A stretch of DNA of 64,000 nt from Nitrospirota bacterium (GCA_963818475.1 CAWFSF010000005.1:448001-512000); one strand, 5' to 3'; positions 41,064 through 52,182 are shown, counted from the first letter of the stretch. A program made the numbers and translations. Notes: generated by a model from the letters alone, not told the origin.

Positions 41064-42385
41064 TCAGGCGTTCCCCATCAGATCGTACTCCGCGGCGTCG
41101 GTGATCGTCACGTCCACGAAGTCGCCCGGTTCGGCGTCGGTCTCGGAAAGATAGACGACACCGTCGATCTCCGGCGCCTGCGTCTGCAGCCTGCCGATGA
41201 GCGCCATGTCCTCCATGTCGTCGACCAGCACGCGCTGCCGCGTGCCGATGAGGGCGCGGTTCTTTTTGAGCGAGATCTTCGCCTGGGCCTTCATGATCCG
41301 GTCGAGCCGGTCGGCGGCGACGTCAGCCGGCACCGGCGCTGCAAGATCATGGGCCGCGGTGCCCTCTTCGGGAGAATAGGTGAAGACCCCGAGGTGCTCG
41401 AACTCCGCTTCCTTCACATAGGCGAGCAGCCGCTTGAACGCCGCCTCGGTCTCGCCGGGAAATCCCACAATGAGCGAGGTGCGGAGCGCAATGCCCGGCA
41501 CGCGCTTTCGGAGCTGCTCGATCGTCTTCCGGATGTCCTCCGACGTGCCTGCGCCGGTTCATGGCCGCAAGCACCTTGTCGTCGAAATGCTGGATCGGGA
41601 TGTCCAGGTACTTGCAGATCTTCTCTTCCCCGGCCAGGACGTCCATGAGCTCTTTGCTGATCCTGCCCGGATAGGCGTACATCAGCCGGAGCCACTCGAT
41701 CCCCGCGCACCCTGACCAGGCGCTTCAAGAGCGCGACGAGGTCGGTCCTCACGGTCGCGGTAGGCCGTCGAATCCTGGGCCAGCAGGATGAGCTCCTTTG
41801 CGCCCTCGCCAGCAAGCAGCTTTGCCTCTTCGATGATCGAAGCCGGCAGGCCGGCTCGTAAAATTCCCGCGGATGATCGGGATGGCACAGTAGGAACAGC
41901 GGTTGCTGCATCCTTCGGCGATCTTGAGATAGCGGTAATGGCGCGGCGTCGTGCTGATGCGGGGAAGGCCGTAGACCATGGCCGGCGGACGAAACGCTCG
42001 AGCATGCTGCCTTTTCTTGCCAGCGCCGTCTGCGCAGATCTCGCCGATGCGGCCGATCTCCGCCGTGCCGATGATCGCATCGGCCTCGGGCAGTTCTTTT
42101 CGCAGTTCATCCCTGTACCGCTGGGCAAGACAGCCGGCCACGATCACCTTCGTGCACGTGCCCCGCTGCTTCATGCTTGCCGCTTCGAGGATCGCCTCGA
42201 TGGACTCCTCTTTGGCGGACTCGATGAAGCCGCAGGTGTTCACCACGATCACGTCCGCCTCGTCCTGGTCCGCGGTGATCTCGTAACCCGAGCCTGCCAG
42301 CACGCCGAGCATCTGCTCGGCATCCACCTGGTTCTTGGGGCAGCCCAGGCTGACCATGCCTATTTTGTATGATTTCTTTGGACAC
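41064..42385 (-). CDS. rimO: Ribosomal protein S12 methylthiotransferase; frameshifts
   Basis: SLGCPKN, VNTCGFI, AGCL, YLKIAEGCSNRCSYCAIP, YAYP, IVGFPGE, APEIDG. Confidence 0.95.
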
Positions 42386-42472
42386 TCTGTTCTGTACGTG
42401 GATCGCCAGCCAATTACTATACCACCCTGACCGCTGAAAAACAACGGGGAACTTAAGCGACAACGAAGAACC

Positions 42473-42933
42473 TTAGAACCCGCCTGACATGGCCAGAAAG
42501 CTCGCCAGTCTTTTCATTCGTTTCCCGGAGGCGCTTCGACAGTGTTTTGGTGAACGCCCAGAGGATCTTGTATCCCAGCTCGCGGTCCATGATCAGCATC
42601 TTGTCCAGGTCGGCCTTGTTGATGGCCAGGACCGCCACATCGGCGTTGGCGATGGCATGAGCGGAGCGGGGAAATTTGTCGATCAGCGCCATCTCGCCGA
42701 AGTAGTCGCCCGGCTTGAGCACGGCCAGCGCTTCTTCACCGATGTTCGGGATGAATTTGCTGATCCGTACATCGCCGTTGGTGATCACGTAGCAGCGGTC
42801 GCCGGGATCGCCTTCCTTGAAGATCACCGCGTCCCTGGCAAAGGCCTCCATGGTGGATATTTTCTCTATCTTTTCCAGCTCCGGCGTGGAGAGATTTTCG
42901 AACAGACGTCACTTTTCTGAGAAATTCGAGCAT
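42473..42933 (-). CDS. Stand-alone cyclic-nucleotide-binding domain protein; frameshifts
   Basis: IFKEGDPGD, GDYFGEMAL...PRSA, LSKRLRETN. Confidence 0.88.
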
Positions 42934-42944
42934 ATCCGCCTCCA

Positions 42945-43320
42945 TCACAGATGCGTCCGGTCCATCTCGAACGCGTTCTGGATGAGCTCCACCTGCTGTT
43001 CGTTTGCCGTGCTGATCGCCACCACATCGAAGCGGCACGGCATCTGGTGAAGCTTTTTTACTTTGATGTAACCGAGCGCCGCCTTGATCATCCGCTGCTG
43101 CTTGCGATGATTGACGGCAAGTTCCGGCGCGCCGAAGGCGTCGCTCGACCGGGTCTTCACCTCGACGAACGCCACGGTCCCCTGGTGCAGGGCGATCAGG
43201 TCGATCTCGCCGCTGCGCGTGCTGTAATTGCGCTCCAGGATCCGGTATCCCCTGCTGACCAGGATACCGGGCGGCCCGGTCCTCGCCGGTCCTGCCGAGC
43301 AGCTTTCCGAGCAGGCTCAT
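42945..43320 (-). CDS. yraN: YraN (UPF0102) family nuclease-like protein; frameshift
   Basis: GYRILERNY..GEIDLI..FVEVKTR..RFDVV. Confidence 0.9.
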
Positions 43321-43961
43321 CGTCCCGCGTCCTTCAGCATCTGCGCCACCGGATTGAAGGTCCTCCGGTGCGCGTCACAGGGCCCGTGCTCCCGGATCAG
43401 GGCCAGATGCTCCCTGGTCCCGTAGCCTTTATGTTTTTGAAAATTGTACTGAGGAAACTTTTCATGAAGCGCCAGCATCAGCCGGTCCCGGGTCACCTTC
43501 GCAAGGATCGAGGCGGCCGCGATGCTGTGGCTGCGGCAATCGCCCTTGATCAGCGGATTCTGCGGCAGCGGTACGCGCTTCAGGGTAAGCGCGTCGATGA
43601 GCAGGTAATCGGGGCGGGGAGAGAGCTGCTCAAGGGCCCGCTCCATGGCAATGATGGTCGCCTGCAGGATGTTCACGTCGTCGATGGTGCGCTCGTCGAC
43701 AATGCCGATGCCGTAGCAGACCGCCTGCGCGCGGATCACGTCGAAAAGCCGTTCCCGCTCCGGCTCGGACACCTGCTTGGAATCGGTCAGCCCCGGAATG
43801 AGCAGCCCCTCGGGAAGGACCACCGCGGCGGCAACAACCGGCCCTGCCAGCGGTCCCCTGCCGGCCTCGTCCAGGCCGGCAATGCAGCGAATACCCGGAA
43901 GCGCGGGCGCTCCGCTCGAAGAAGAGAGGATCGCACGCCAGTCCGTTGCCGAAGAGGTCAT
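43317..43961 (-). CDS. rnhB: Ribonuclease HII
   Basis: [42 protein letters not shown]. Confidence 0.97.
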   Translation of the reverse strand: MTSSATDWRAILSSSSGAPALPGIRCIAGLDEAGRGPLAGPVVAAAVVLPEGLLIPGLTDSKQVSEPERERLFDVIRAQAVCYGIGIVDERTIDDVNILQATIIAMERALEQLSPRPDYLLIDALTLKRVPLPQNPLIKGDCRSHSIAAASILAKVTRDRLMLALHEKFPQYNFQKHKGYGTREHLALIREHGPCDAHRRTFNPVAQMLKDAGR

Positions 43962-44156
43962 CGCGTACGGTCTGTGTGCGGTTCATGCTTGCGGCGCAGG
44001 CCACGAGGCATAGCAACCTCATTCGGGGATAAATGTAAAATAGCAAATCCCAAATAGACTCGCGTAGCCAGGCTCCGGTCACAGCAACAGGGAGTCCGGT
44101 ACTCGATATTTGGGATCTGCTTGGCTGCTGGTGCGTGTACTGCGCGGAACGAGATG

Positions 44157-44564
44157 CTACTTCTGCTCCGTTGCCTCAGGCTCCGCCGCGGCTGCGATGC
44201 GCCGGCTACGGATGCATAGACGCGCTCTTTTTCCTTGATCCTGGCAGCCTTGCCGCGCAGATCTCTGAGGAAGTAGAGCTTTGCCCGCCGGACCTTGCCC
44301 TGCTTGGCCACTTCGATCTTGTCGATCATGGGCGAGTGGACCGGGAACAACCGCTCGACGCCCACGCCGTAGGACAGTTTCCGCACGCGGATGCAGCTCG
44401 CGCACGCCTGCGCCCTGGCGGCCGATCACCACGCCCTCGTAGACCTGGATACGTTCCTTGTCGCCTTCGACGACCTTCGCATGCACGCGGATGGTGTCGC
44501 CCACGCGGAAGCTCGGGATTCCTTCTTTGACCTGTGCTTTTTCCAGCGCTTGAATAATGTTCAT
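44157..44564 (-). CDS. rplS: 50S ribosomal protein bL19; frameshifts
   Basis: [36 protein letters not shown]. Confidence 0.95.
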   Translation of the reverse strand: MNIIQALEKAQVKEGIPSFRVGDTIRVHAKVVEGDKERIQVYEGVVIGRQGAGVRELHPRAETVLRRGRRAVVPGPLAHDRQDRSGQAGQGPAGKALLPQRSARQGCQDQGKRARLCIRSRRIAAAAEPEATEQK

Positions 44565-44595
44565 TGAAGCCTCCCTTTAAATCTAAAAGCATTAT

Positions 44596-44677
44596 TGCAA
44601 AATGTAAATTGTAAAGTTCAAATTTCAAATTGAAAAGGACGATCCCTTTGCATTTTGCACTTTGCACTTTACATTTT
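44596..44677. repeat. 7-mer tandem palindromic element overlapping the trmD stop
   Basis: TGCAAAA-TGTAAAT-TGTAAAG-TTCAAAT / TTTGCAT-TTTGCAC-TTTGCAC-TTTACAT. Confidence 0.85.
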
Positions 44678-45444
44678 GACCTCGTTTTTGAGATCCTCTA
44701 CTATCTTCCGGTCCTCGTCATCGAGATCAGCCGTTGCCAGGAGCTCCGGCCGTTTCATGAGCGTGGCCCGGAGCGCTTCGCGCCGCCGCCACTTCTCGAT
44801 CTCGGCGTGATTGCCGCCGAGCAGCACTTCCGGGACCTTCATCCCGCGGAACTCGGCAGGCCGCGTATAGTGCGGGTGGTCCAGCAGCCCGTCGCCGAAG
44901 GAATCGCGGTAGGACGACTCTTCGTCGCCCAGCACTCCCGGAAGGAGCCGTGCCGCCGCATCGATCACCACCAGCGCCGCCAGTTCACCGCCGGTCAGGA
45001 CATAGTCGCCGATCGAAAGTTCTTCGTCGACCAGCGCCGATGCACACGCTCATCGATGGCCTCGTAGTGGCCGCAGAGCAGAACGATCCTGCGCGTTTCT
45101 TCGGAAAGCCGCTCTGCCTGATGCTGGTCGAGAAGCCTGCCCTGCGGCGAAAGCAGGATCGTCAGGAACGGCTCTCCGGGATGTTCCGCTTTCAACGCTT
45201 CGAAGGCCTTGAAGATCGGCTCGGGCTTCAGCACCATGCCGGCGCCGCCTCCGTAGGGGCTGTCGTCTGCGGTCCGGTGCTTGTCTTCGGTATAGTCCCT
45301 GATGTTCCGGAGCGTTACGCTGAGCAGCCCTTTTTCCCGGCCCCGCTTCAGGATGCTCTCGTTCAGCGGGCCTTCGAGGATCCCCGGGAACAGGGTGAGC
45401 ACCTCGAAGTTCAATCTGCGCATGGCCGGTGCACGTTCACTCAT
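44669..45444 (-). CDS. trmD: tRNA (guanine-N1)-methyltransferase; frameshift
   Basis: [44 protein letters not shown]. Confidence 0.96.
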
Positions 45445-45947
45445 AGTTCCATCAGGCCGTCCATCAGGTGGATGACCATCCGCTTCGCCTGCCGGTCGAC
45501 CTGCTTCATCACTTCGCGTATGGCAGGGAGGTAGATCTCTCTCTTCCCCTGCTTCATGACATAGATATCGTTGCTGCCGGTCTCGAAGATATCGACGATG
45601 GTCCCGAGCTTTTCGCCTTCCTCGGACACGACCTCCATGCCGATGAGTTCGTACCAGTAGTACCGGCCTTCCGGCAGCGGCATCGTTTCTTGCTCCGGGA
45701 CCTTGAGGAACCAGCCGTTCAGCGTCTTTGCCTGTTCCGGCGAGTCGTAGCCCTTGAACAGCAGATAGGGCACCCCGCCGGCATACCGCACTGACCGAAC
45801 CGTAACCGCGAGCTCTTTTCCCGCAGGCGAGACCAGGTAAACGCTTTTCAGGTTCTTGAACCGCTCGGGGAAATCCGTCAGGGACTCGATCTTCATCTCG
45901 CCCTTGACGCCGAAAGGTTTCACTGCTTTGCCGATCGTTATGAGCAT
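45441..45947 (-). CDS. rimM: Ribosome maturation factor RimM
   Basis: GVKGE, YYWYELIG, ETGSND, YLPA. Confidence 0.95.
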   Translation of the reverse strand: MLITIGKAVKPFGVKGEMKIESLTDFPERFKNLKSVYLVSPAGKELAVTVRSVRYAGGVPYLLFKGYDSPEQAKTLNGWFLKVPEQETMPLPEGRYYWYELIGMEVVSEEGEKLGTIVDIFETGSNDIYVMKQGKREIYLPAIREVMKQVDRQAKRMVIHLMDGLMEL

Positions 45948-46043
45948 AGTACTGCCGAGCCGCGTGTACACTCGAAAAAAACCGGATGCAGGGCAGTTTG
46001 CGATTTTTATTCCGCAATCCGAAATCCGCAATCCGAAATTGTC

Positions 46044-46310
46044 TTACTTCGCTGCTTCGGCGTGCAGTTTCATGACCCCGACCTTCGACAGCAGGGTCTT
46101 TACCGTATCGGAGGGCTGTGCGCCCTTCTTGAGCCAGTCGAGGGCCTTGGTCTGGTCAACCTTGATCTCCGCCGGCTTCTTGAGCGGATCGTAGGTGCCG
46201 ACCATCTCGATAAAGCGGCCGTCACGCGGCGACCGGGAATCTGCCACCACCAGACGGTAGTAGGGCTTCTTGTGGGTCCCCATTCTCTTCAGTCTGATCT
46301 TTACAGCCAT
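46044..46310 (-). CDS. rpsP: 30S ribosomal protein bS16
   Basis: [11 protein letters not shown]...[20 protein letters not shown]...GAQPSDTV. Confidence 0.98.
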   Translation of the reverse strand: MAVKIRLKRMGTHKKPYYRLVVADSRSPRDGRFIEMVGTYDPLKKPAEIKVDQTKALDWLKKGAQPSDTVKTLLSKVGVMKLHAEAAK

Positions 46311-46336
46311 GTGCTCACCTCTCTCGTTATAAAAAA

Positions 46337-46460
46337 AATCCTAAATTACAAATAACAAATCCCAAATAATACTCAAATTCCAAATTTCAATTTCCGAAAC
46401 GTTTGAAGTTTGCTCTTCGTGATTTGGAATTTATTTGCTATTTGATGCTTGTTGCTTGAA
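46337..46460. repeat. 7-mer tandem palindromic element
   Basis: AAATCCT-AAATTAC-AAATAAC-AAATCCC... and inverted T-rich arm; same family as 40948. Confidence 0.8.
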
Positions 46461-46468
46461 GTTTACCT

Positions 46469-47809
46469 CTAAAACGGCATCCTGCCGCCAAGCATCTTGC
46501 CCATCTTTCCCATCTTGCCGCTCGTCATGGACTTCATCATCTTGCGCATCTCGGCGAACTGCTTCAGCAGCCGGTTCACGTCCTGCACCTGGGTGCCGCT
46601 GCCCTTGGCGATGCGCAGCCCGGCGGCTGCCGTTGATGACCGTGTAATCGGCCCGTTCCTTGGGGGTCATGGAGCTGATGATCGCCTCGACCCGTCCCAG
46701 TTCCTTCTCGTTCACCTGGCGTCTCGGGCAGCTTCATCTTGCTCATCCCCGGGATCATGCCCATGATCTGACTCGATTCCGCCCAGCTTTTTCACCTGCT
46801 TCAGCTGGTTCCGGAAGTCGTCGAGGTCGAAGGAGTTCTTCTTGAGCTTCTTCGCAAGCTTGAGCGCCTCTTCCTGATCAACGTGCTCCTGCGCCTTCTC
46901 GATGAGCGACATGACGTCGCCCATGCCGAGGATGCGCGAGGCCATGCGGTCCGGATAGAACGGTTCGAGCGCATCGAGCTTTTCGCCCATGCCCACGAAC
47001 TTGAGCGGCTTGCCGGTGACCGCCCTGACCGAAAGCGCCGCGCCGCCGCGGGCATCGCCGTCGAGCTTGGTCAGCACCACCCCGTCGAATCCGATGGTCG
47101 GCGTTGAACTTCTCGGCGATGTTCACGGCTTCCTGGCCGGTCATGGCGTCGGCCACGAACAGGATCTCATGGGGCTTGACCCCGGCCTTGATCTGCCGGA
47201 GCTCCTCCATGAGCAGCTCGTCTATCTGAAGCCTGCCCGCGGTGTCGAGGATAACGACCTCGAACAGGGAGGCAGTCGGCCTGCTTTACCGCTGCGCGGC
47301 AGATCGCGACCGGGTCCTGGTCGTCCGATGCAAAGGCATCGACCCCGACCTGCTTCGCCAGGGTCATGAGCTGCTGGATCGCCGCCGGCCTGCGCGTGTC
47401 CGCCGGAACCAGGAGCACCCGGCGTCCGTCCTTTTTAAAGGACTTGGCCAGCTTGCCCGCGGTCGTTGTTTTACCCGATCCCTGAAGGCCGACCATCATG
47501 ATGACCGTGGGCGGGTTCGGGGACAGATGGAGCTTTGCCTGCGTGCCGCCCAGAAGCGCCACGAGTTCCTCGTGGACGACCTTGACGACCTGCTGACCCG
47601 GGGTGAGGCTGCCGAGGATCTCACTGGCCGACAGCCCGTTCCTGAACGCGGCCGATAAAGTCCTTGACGACCTTGAAGTTGACGTCAGCTTCAAGGAGCG
47701 CAAGACGCACCTCGCGCAGCGCTTCCTTTACATCGTCTTCCTTAAGGACGCCCCTGCCTCGAAGCTTCTTGAAAACAGACTCTAATTTACCGCTTAAGGA
47801 ATCGAACAT
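46469..47809 (-). CDS. ffh: Signal recognition particle protein; several frameshifts
   Basis: [50 protein letters not shown]. Confidence 0.96.
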
Positions 47810-47965
47810 GGAAATCACCTGCTCTGAAAAAGAATGTTGAATATATAAGATAAGGCCATTATTGTCAAGGATTTTCTCTCTCGGGCATCATTCAACGGAT
47901 ATTCGCCCTGTTTTTTACTCGCGAAAAAACCGCCCGGCCAGCTAGTTTCATAGTTTATATTTATA

Positions 47966-47994
47966 TTGACTATAAGCAAACCTGCAATTATAAT
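47966..47994 (+). promoter_or_regulatory. sigma70 promoter of the rhodanese gene
   Basis: TTGACT-17 nt-TATAAT; AT-rich T-N11-A dyad just upstream (about 47950-47964). Confidence 0.8.
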
Positions 47995-48123
47995 ATGAGC
48001 TACTAATTGTAACGTTAAACTGCTAGGCGGTGATACCTTCTTAAGCGGTAATACAGAAACAACGGTTTAACCTGCAGAATTTGTAGCGAAATCCGCCGCA
48101 AGGCGACACCAAGGGAGGAACAT

Positions 48124-49548
48124 ATGTTGCGAAAAAGCTTTCACAGCATCACCTGCGCAACAGCACTGGCAATCGGTCTGACCATGACCGCTGGTCAGGT
48201 CTTTGCGCAGGAAAAAGCCGCAGCTCCGGCAGCTCCGCAGGCCAAGCCCACCATGGCCAAGATCTGCTCCAACTGCCACCAGCCCGAGGTTGCCAGCCTC
48301 AGGGGCAGCTTTGACAGCGTATGCATACAAGACCCAGTCCATACAGATCAAGATCGATGAAGCGGTCGAGATCCTCCGGTTCGACAAGAACACTCTGAAG
48401 GTCGCTAACGTCAAGCCGGACCCCGCGAACCCGTCGGAACCGCTCCGGGAGATCAAGAAAGGGCAAAGAGGTCCGCGTCGAATATACCGAAAAGGACGGC
48501 AAAAAGTTCGCCACCCTCGTCGTCGCCAAGCCGCCTATCAAGGTTGCTCCGGAGAAGCTCATGAGCACGGCCGACGTTGAAAAGCTCGTCGCCCTGGGCT
48601 CCGAGAAAGGCAAGTACCTGCTCATTGATGCACGGCCTGCGCCCAAGTTCATGGAAGGCGCCATCCCCACGGCCATCAACATCCCCTTCCCTGCCTTCGA
48701 AAAGATGGCAGACAAACTCCCTGCGGACAAGAGCGCGCTCATCGTCTACTACTGCGCAGGCATGACCTGAGCCATGAGCCCTAACTCCGCCGGTCGGGCG
48801 GAAAAGCTCGGATATACCAATGTAAAAGTGTACCACGAAGGACTTCCCGAATGGACCAAAAGGAACTACACGGTGCTCTCCGCGCAGTTCCTGAAAGAAG
48901 CATATATCGATAAAGACCTCCCGAACGTGCTGCTCGACGTCCGGCCCGCCGCAGTTGCCAAAAAGGGCTTCATCAAGGGCGCGGTCACGCTTCCAGCTGC
49001 AGAGATAGCAGCCAACCTGGCGAAATTCCCGCCCAAGGACAAGAAACCGCCGATCATCATCGTTGACGAAAACGGCGGGGACGATGCAAAGTCCGCCGCG
49101 AAATCGCTCATTTCCGCGGGATATACCAGCGTAACGATCATGACCGGCGGCATGAACGCGTGGAAAGCAGCCGCTTTCCCGATCGAGACCGGCGCCCTGG
49201 CCACGAACATCGTTTATGTTCCCAAGCCGAGACCCGGCGAGATCGCCATGGACGACTTCAAAAAGATCGCATCAAATATCCCGGCCGACACGGTCATCAT
49301 CGACGTGCGCAGCCAGGAAGAAGCGAATGCCGGCATGATCAAAGGCGCCAAGGTCGTACCGGATGCAGTGATCCTCGACCGGCTGGCAGAGGTCCCGAAG
49401 GACAAGCAGATCGTCACCTACTGCAACACCGGCGTGCAAGCAGAAATGGCATACCACAAGTTGAAGGAAAAAGGCTACAACGTGAAGTTCCTGAACGCCA
49501 GGGTCGCGTTCGACGATGCCGGGAACTATACGACTAGAAAAACCCTGA
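48124..49548 (+). CDS. Secreted CXXCH (heme c) plus three rhodanese domains, probable selenoprotein (UGA 48768-48770); indels near 48320, 48463 and 49533
   Basis: Signal peptide; CSNCH; IDARP...YYCAGMT-TGA-AMSP continuing in frame; LDVRP; IDVRS...YCNTG. Confidence 0.85.
48776..48809 (+). promoter_or_regulatory. Bacterial SECIS-like hairpin
   Basis: GAGC...TCCGCC-GGTCG-GGCGGA...GCTC; G-led apical loop starts 21 nt after the UGA. Confidence 0.75.
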
Positions 49549-49582
49549 CCCCGCTGCGGATCATACATGCCCCCCCCTCCCG

Positions 49583-49623
49583 CCCCGGACGGCTGCTTTC
49601 TAGCCTCCGGGGTTTTCTTTTTT
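49583..49623 (+). terminator. Intrinsic terminator
   Basis: CCCCGGA...TCCGGGG followed by a T-rich tract. Confidence 0.7.
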
Positions 49624-49729
49624 GCACACGGGAAAACGTTGGGACAGGGTTTATTTTTCTCAGCCATCGTGGTATCATACTGCCCAGTTCGATAGATGGT
49701 CTCTGCACGACCAGGACGAGGAGGCACTC

Positions 49730-50188
49730 ATGAGGTATACTGCGCGGCATCTGATCCTGTTCTCTGCCATTCTTCTTGTAGGAATTCCCACGGCAGTTTT
49801 TTCCCAGCATTCCGTTCCCCCTGCTGCGCACGCTGCAACCGTCCAGTCCGGCGCAAATCCGCTCATCGAGGAAATGATGATCCTCGACCGTGCGTTCCGC
49901 GATATTGTATCAGCCGTCTCCCTCGGCGACGCCGATGCCGTGAGCAAGGCGCTTGAACCGATGCACGGGACCATGGAAAAAACTCACGAAGGCGTTCGCG
50001 CAGGCACGGTGACCCTCCGCAAGAATGCCGTTCGCATCAAGGAATTCAAAACCATAGACCTTGCGTTCCATGCAAAACTCGAAGCCCTCGCCCGCGCGGC
50101 TCACCACAAAAATCAAAAAGAAATGCTCAGGATCACCAAACAGCTGCTTGAGGGATGCGTGCAGTGCCATTCGAAATTCAGGCCCTAG
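49730..50188 (+). CDS. Class II (four-helix, c'-like) c-type cytochrome
   Basis: Signal peptide, helical body, C-terminal CVQCHSKFR; GAGGAGG RBS. Confidence 0.85.
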   Translation: MRYTARHLILFSAILLVGIPTAVFSQHSVPPAAHAATVQSGANPLIEEMMILDRAFRDIVSAVSLGDADAVSKALEPMHGTMEKTHEGVRAGTVTLRKNAVRIKEFKTIDLAFHAKLEALARAAHHKNQKEMLRITKQLLEGCVQCHSKFRP

Positions 50189-50301
50189 CCGAACTTCGCT
50201 GATCAAAACATCGCTCCCCTCCCTACCCGGACTGCATGGCAGATTCCGCCGGTTCCTGAAAACTTTTTTTGCTTTCTCCCGCGGTTCGGTTATAATGGCC
50301 C

Positions 50302-51297
50302 ATGCAAATTCGGAATATCCTGATCAATAATCCACTCGTGCTGGCGCCCATGGCCGGCATTACCGACTTTCCCTTCCGCAGGATCTGCAAGGAAATGGGC
50401 GCGGGCCTTGTGTTCTCCGAGATGGTGAGCGTCGAAGCGCTGATCCGGGAACACAAGCGCACCCACGGCATGCTGCATACCGATCCGGCCGAGCGGCCGG
50501 TGGTGTTCCAGATCTTCGGATCAAAACCTGCGTCCATGGCCGAAGCCGCGCATATCGTGTCGCAGGGAGCGGTCGATTTCATCGACATCAACATGGGATG
50601 TCCGGTGCCCAAGATCCTGAAAAGCGGCGCCGGATCAGCGCTGCTGCGCGACATCGGGCTCGCAAAAGATATCATGGCCGCTGTCGTGGGCGCCTCAAAA
50701 GTGCCCGTAACGGTCAAGATCCGCCTCGGGTGGGACGCGCGGAACATCGTTGCCGTTGATATGGCACAGGCTGCGGAAGCGGCCGGCATTGCCGCCGTGA
50801 CCGTCCATGGCAGGACCAAGGTACAGGGTTTCTCGGGCCAGGCTGACTGGAACATGATCCGGACCGTAAAACGGTCGGTAAACATTCCGGTGATCGGGAA
50901 CGGCGATGTCCGCACGGCGCAGGATGCGAAGCGCCTCATGGACGAGACCGGCTGCGACGGCGTTATGATCGGCAGGGCGATCCAGGGATACCCCTGGATC
51001 TTCCGCGAGGCAAAGCACTACCTCGAAACAGGCATGGTGCCTGCGGCCCCGTCCCTGGAAGAACGCCAAGCGGTCATGCTCCGCCATCTGCACGACATGG
51101 CCTGCCTGGTGGGCGAAGATGTCGGCGTGCGCGAGATGCGCAAGCACCTCTGCTGGTATACGAAAGGCCTGCACGACGGCGCCGAGTTCAGAACGAGGAT
51201 CAACCATCTGGTTCGGGTCAATGATACGAAACGGGCAATCGAGGATTTTTTTGCCGCCCTGGGTGAGAGCGCCATGGCGACGCAGCACGTATCGTAG
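50302..51297 (+). CDS. dusB: tRNA-dihydrouridine synthase B
   Basis: LAPMAGITD, QIFG, DINMGCP, VTVKIR, HGRT, GNGDV, GVMIGR. Confidence 0.95.
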   Translation: MQIRNILINNPLVLAPMAGITDFPFRRICKEMGAGLVFSEMVSVEALIREHKRTHGMLHTDPAERPVVFQIFGSKPASMAEAAHIVSQGAVDFIDINMGCPVPKILKSGAGSALLRDIGLAKDIMAAVVGASKVPVTVKIRLGWDARNIVAVDMAQAAEAAGIAAVTVHGRTKVQGFSGQADWNMIRTVKRSVNIPVIGNGDVRTAQDAKRLMDETGCDGVMIGRAIQGYPWIFREAKHYLETGMVPAAPSLEERQAVMLRHLHDMACLVGEDVGVREMRKHLCWYTKGLHDGAEFRTRINHLVRVNDTKRAIEDFFAALGESAMATQHVS

Positions 51298-51345
51298 GTA
51301 GTTAGATGCTCCGTCCCCCCATCCGGGACAACAGGAGTGGTCGGC

Positions 51346-51732
51346 ATGTCAGCGAATAACCGGGGGCCGCAGAACGACAAACAGGACCAGCTCGTCGCCG
51401 AAGCGCGACGCAGCCGCGAACTGCGCGAGAAGGACTACCGCGAACAGACGCTCAAACTCTACCCGCATATTTGTGCGCGCTGCGGCCGCGAATTCGAAGG
51501 CAAAAAGCTTCGCGAGCTCACCGTCCACCACAAGGACCACAACCACGACAACAATCCCCCTGACGGCAGCAACTGGGAGCTGCTCTGCCTCTACTGTCAC
51601 GACAATGAACACCAGACCTATCTGGACGAGGAGACTTTCAGCGATGCAACTCCCGGCAAAGGACAAAAACCCGCTCGCCTGCACAAGCCCTTCGCCGCGC
51701 TTGAGGAACTGTTGAAAGATAAAAAGAAGTAG
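51346..51732 (+). CDS. yajD: YajD-family HNH nuclease
   Basis: CARCGREF...LTVHHKDHNHDNNPPDGSNWELLCLYCHDNEH. Confidence 0.92.
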   Translation: MSANNRGPQNDKQDQLVAEARRSRELREKDYREQTLKLYPHICARCGREFEGKKLRELTVHHKDHNHDNNPPDGSNWELLCLYCHDNEHQTYLDEETFSDATPGKGQKPARLHKPFAALEELLKDKKK

Positions 51733-51855
51733 GAAAAAAGCGCCGTGCCTGCGCGGTCACCCGTGACTGCCACGGAATCTTCACCCCAAAAAAACCCTCG
51801 TCTCAAGAGTAAACCTTTTTGAATAATTACCTGCTTTATCCTAAAAACGGCGGTA

Positions 51856-51991
51856 GGACGCTGATTTCCGCAGATAAAGCGGCGTTATTCAGGCAAACTT
51901 TTACCGCAAGGGTGAGTCTTTCCTTATTTAGAATCAAAAAACTTCTTTTGTCTGTCTTTATCTGCGTTCATCAGATTTTATCTGCGTCCAA
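51856..51991. repeat. 9-10-mer palindromic element
   Basis: GGACGCTGATTTCCGCAGATAAAG / TTATCTGCGTTCATCAGATTTTATCTGCGTCC. Confidence 0.85.
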
Positions 51992-52182
51992 ATGCTTTTT
52001 CCGGTTCATGACTGACCTGAAAGCCGGTCAAAATGCGTTCCTGTTTTATAAGGAACAGGCATGGAAAAGAAAGACCCCATGATTGCCGCCTAATCCTACG
52101 CATTTGCTATAATAATTGCAGATTGTAACTTATTCAGCACACCTGAATTCAGAAAAGCTTATACCAAAGAAAAACCTTTTTC

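Noticed and set aside
23290-47809. Mass pseudogenisation or programmed frameshifting of housekeeping genes
   Set aside because: Affects essential genes at scattered positions without other decay; typical of long-read indels
48084-48112. c-di-GMP-I riboswitch-like GCGAAA..CGCC-GCAA-GGCG upstream of the rhodanese gene
   Set aside because: Only one GNRA hairpin; the second stem and closing P1 are missing, and the RBS follows immediately
51346-51732. HNH nuclease as a defence or homing element
   Set aside because: Matches the widespread stand-alone YajD family; no associated defence or mobile genes
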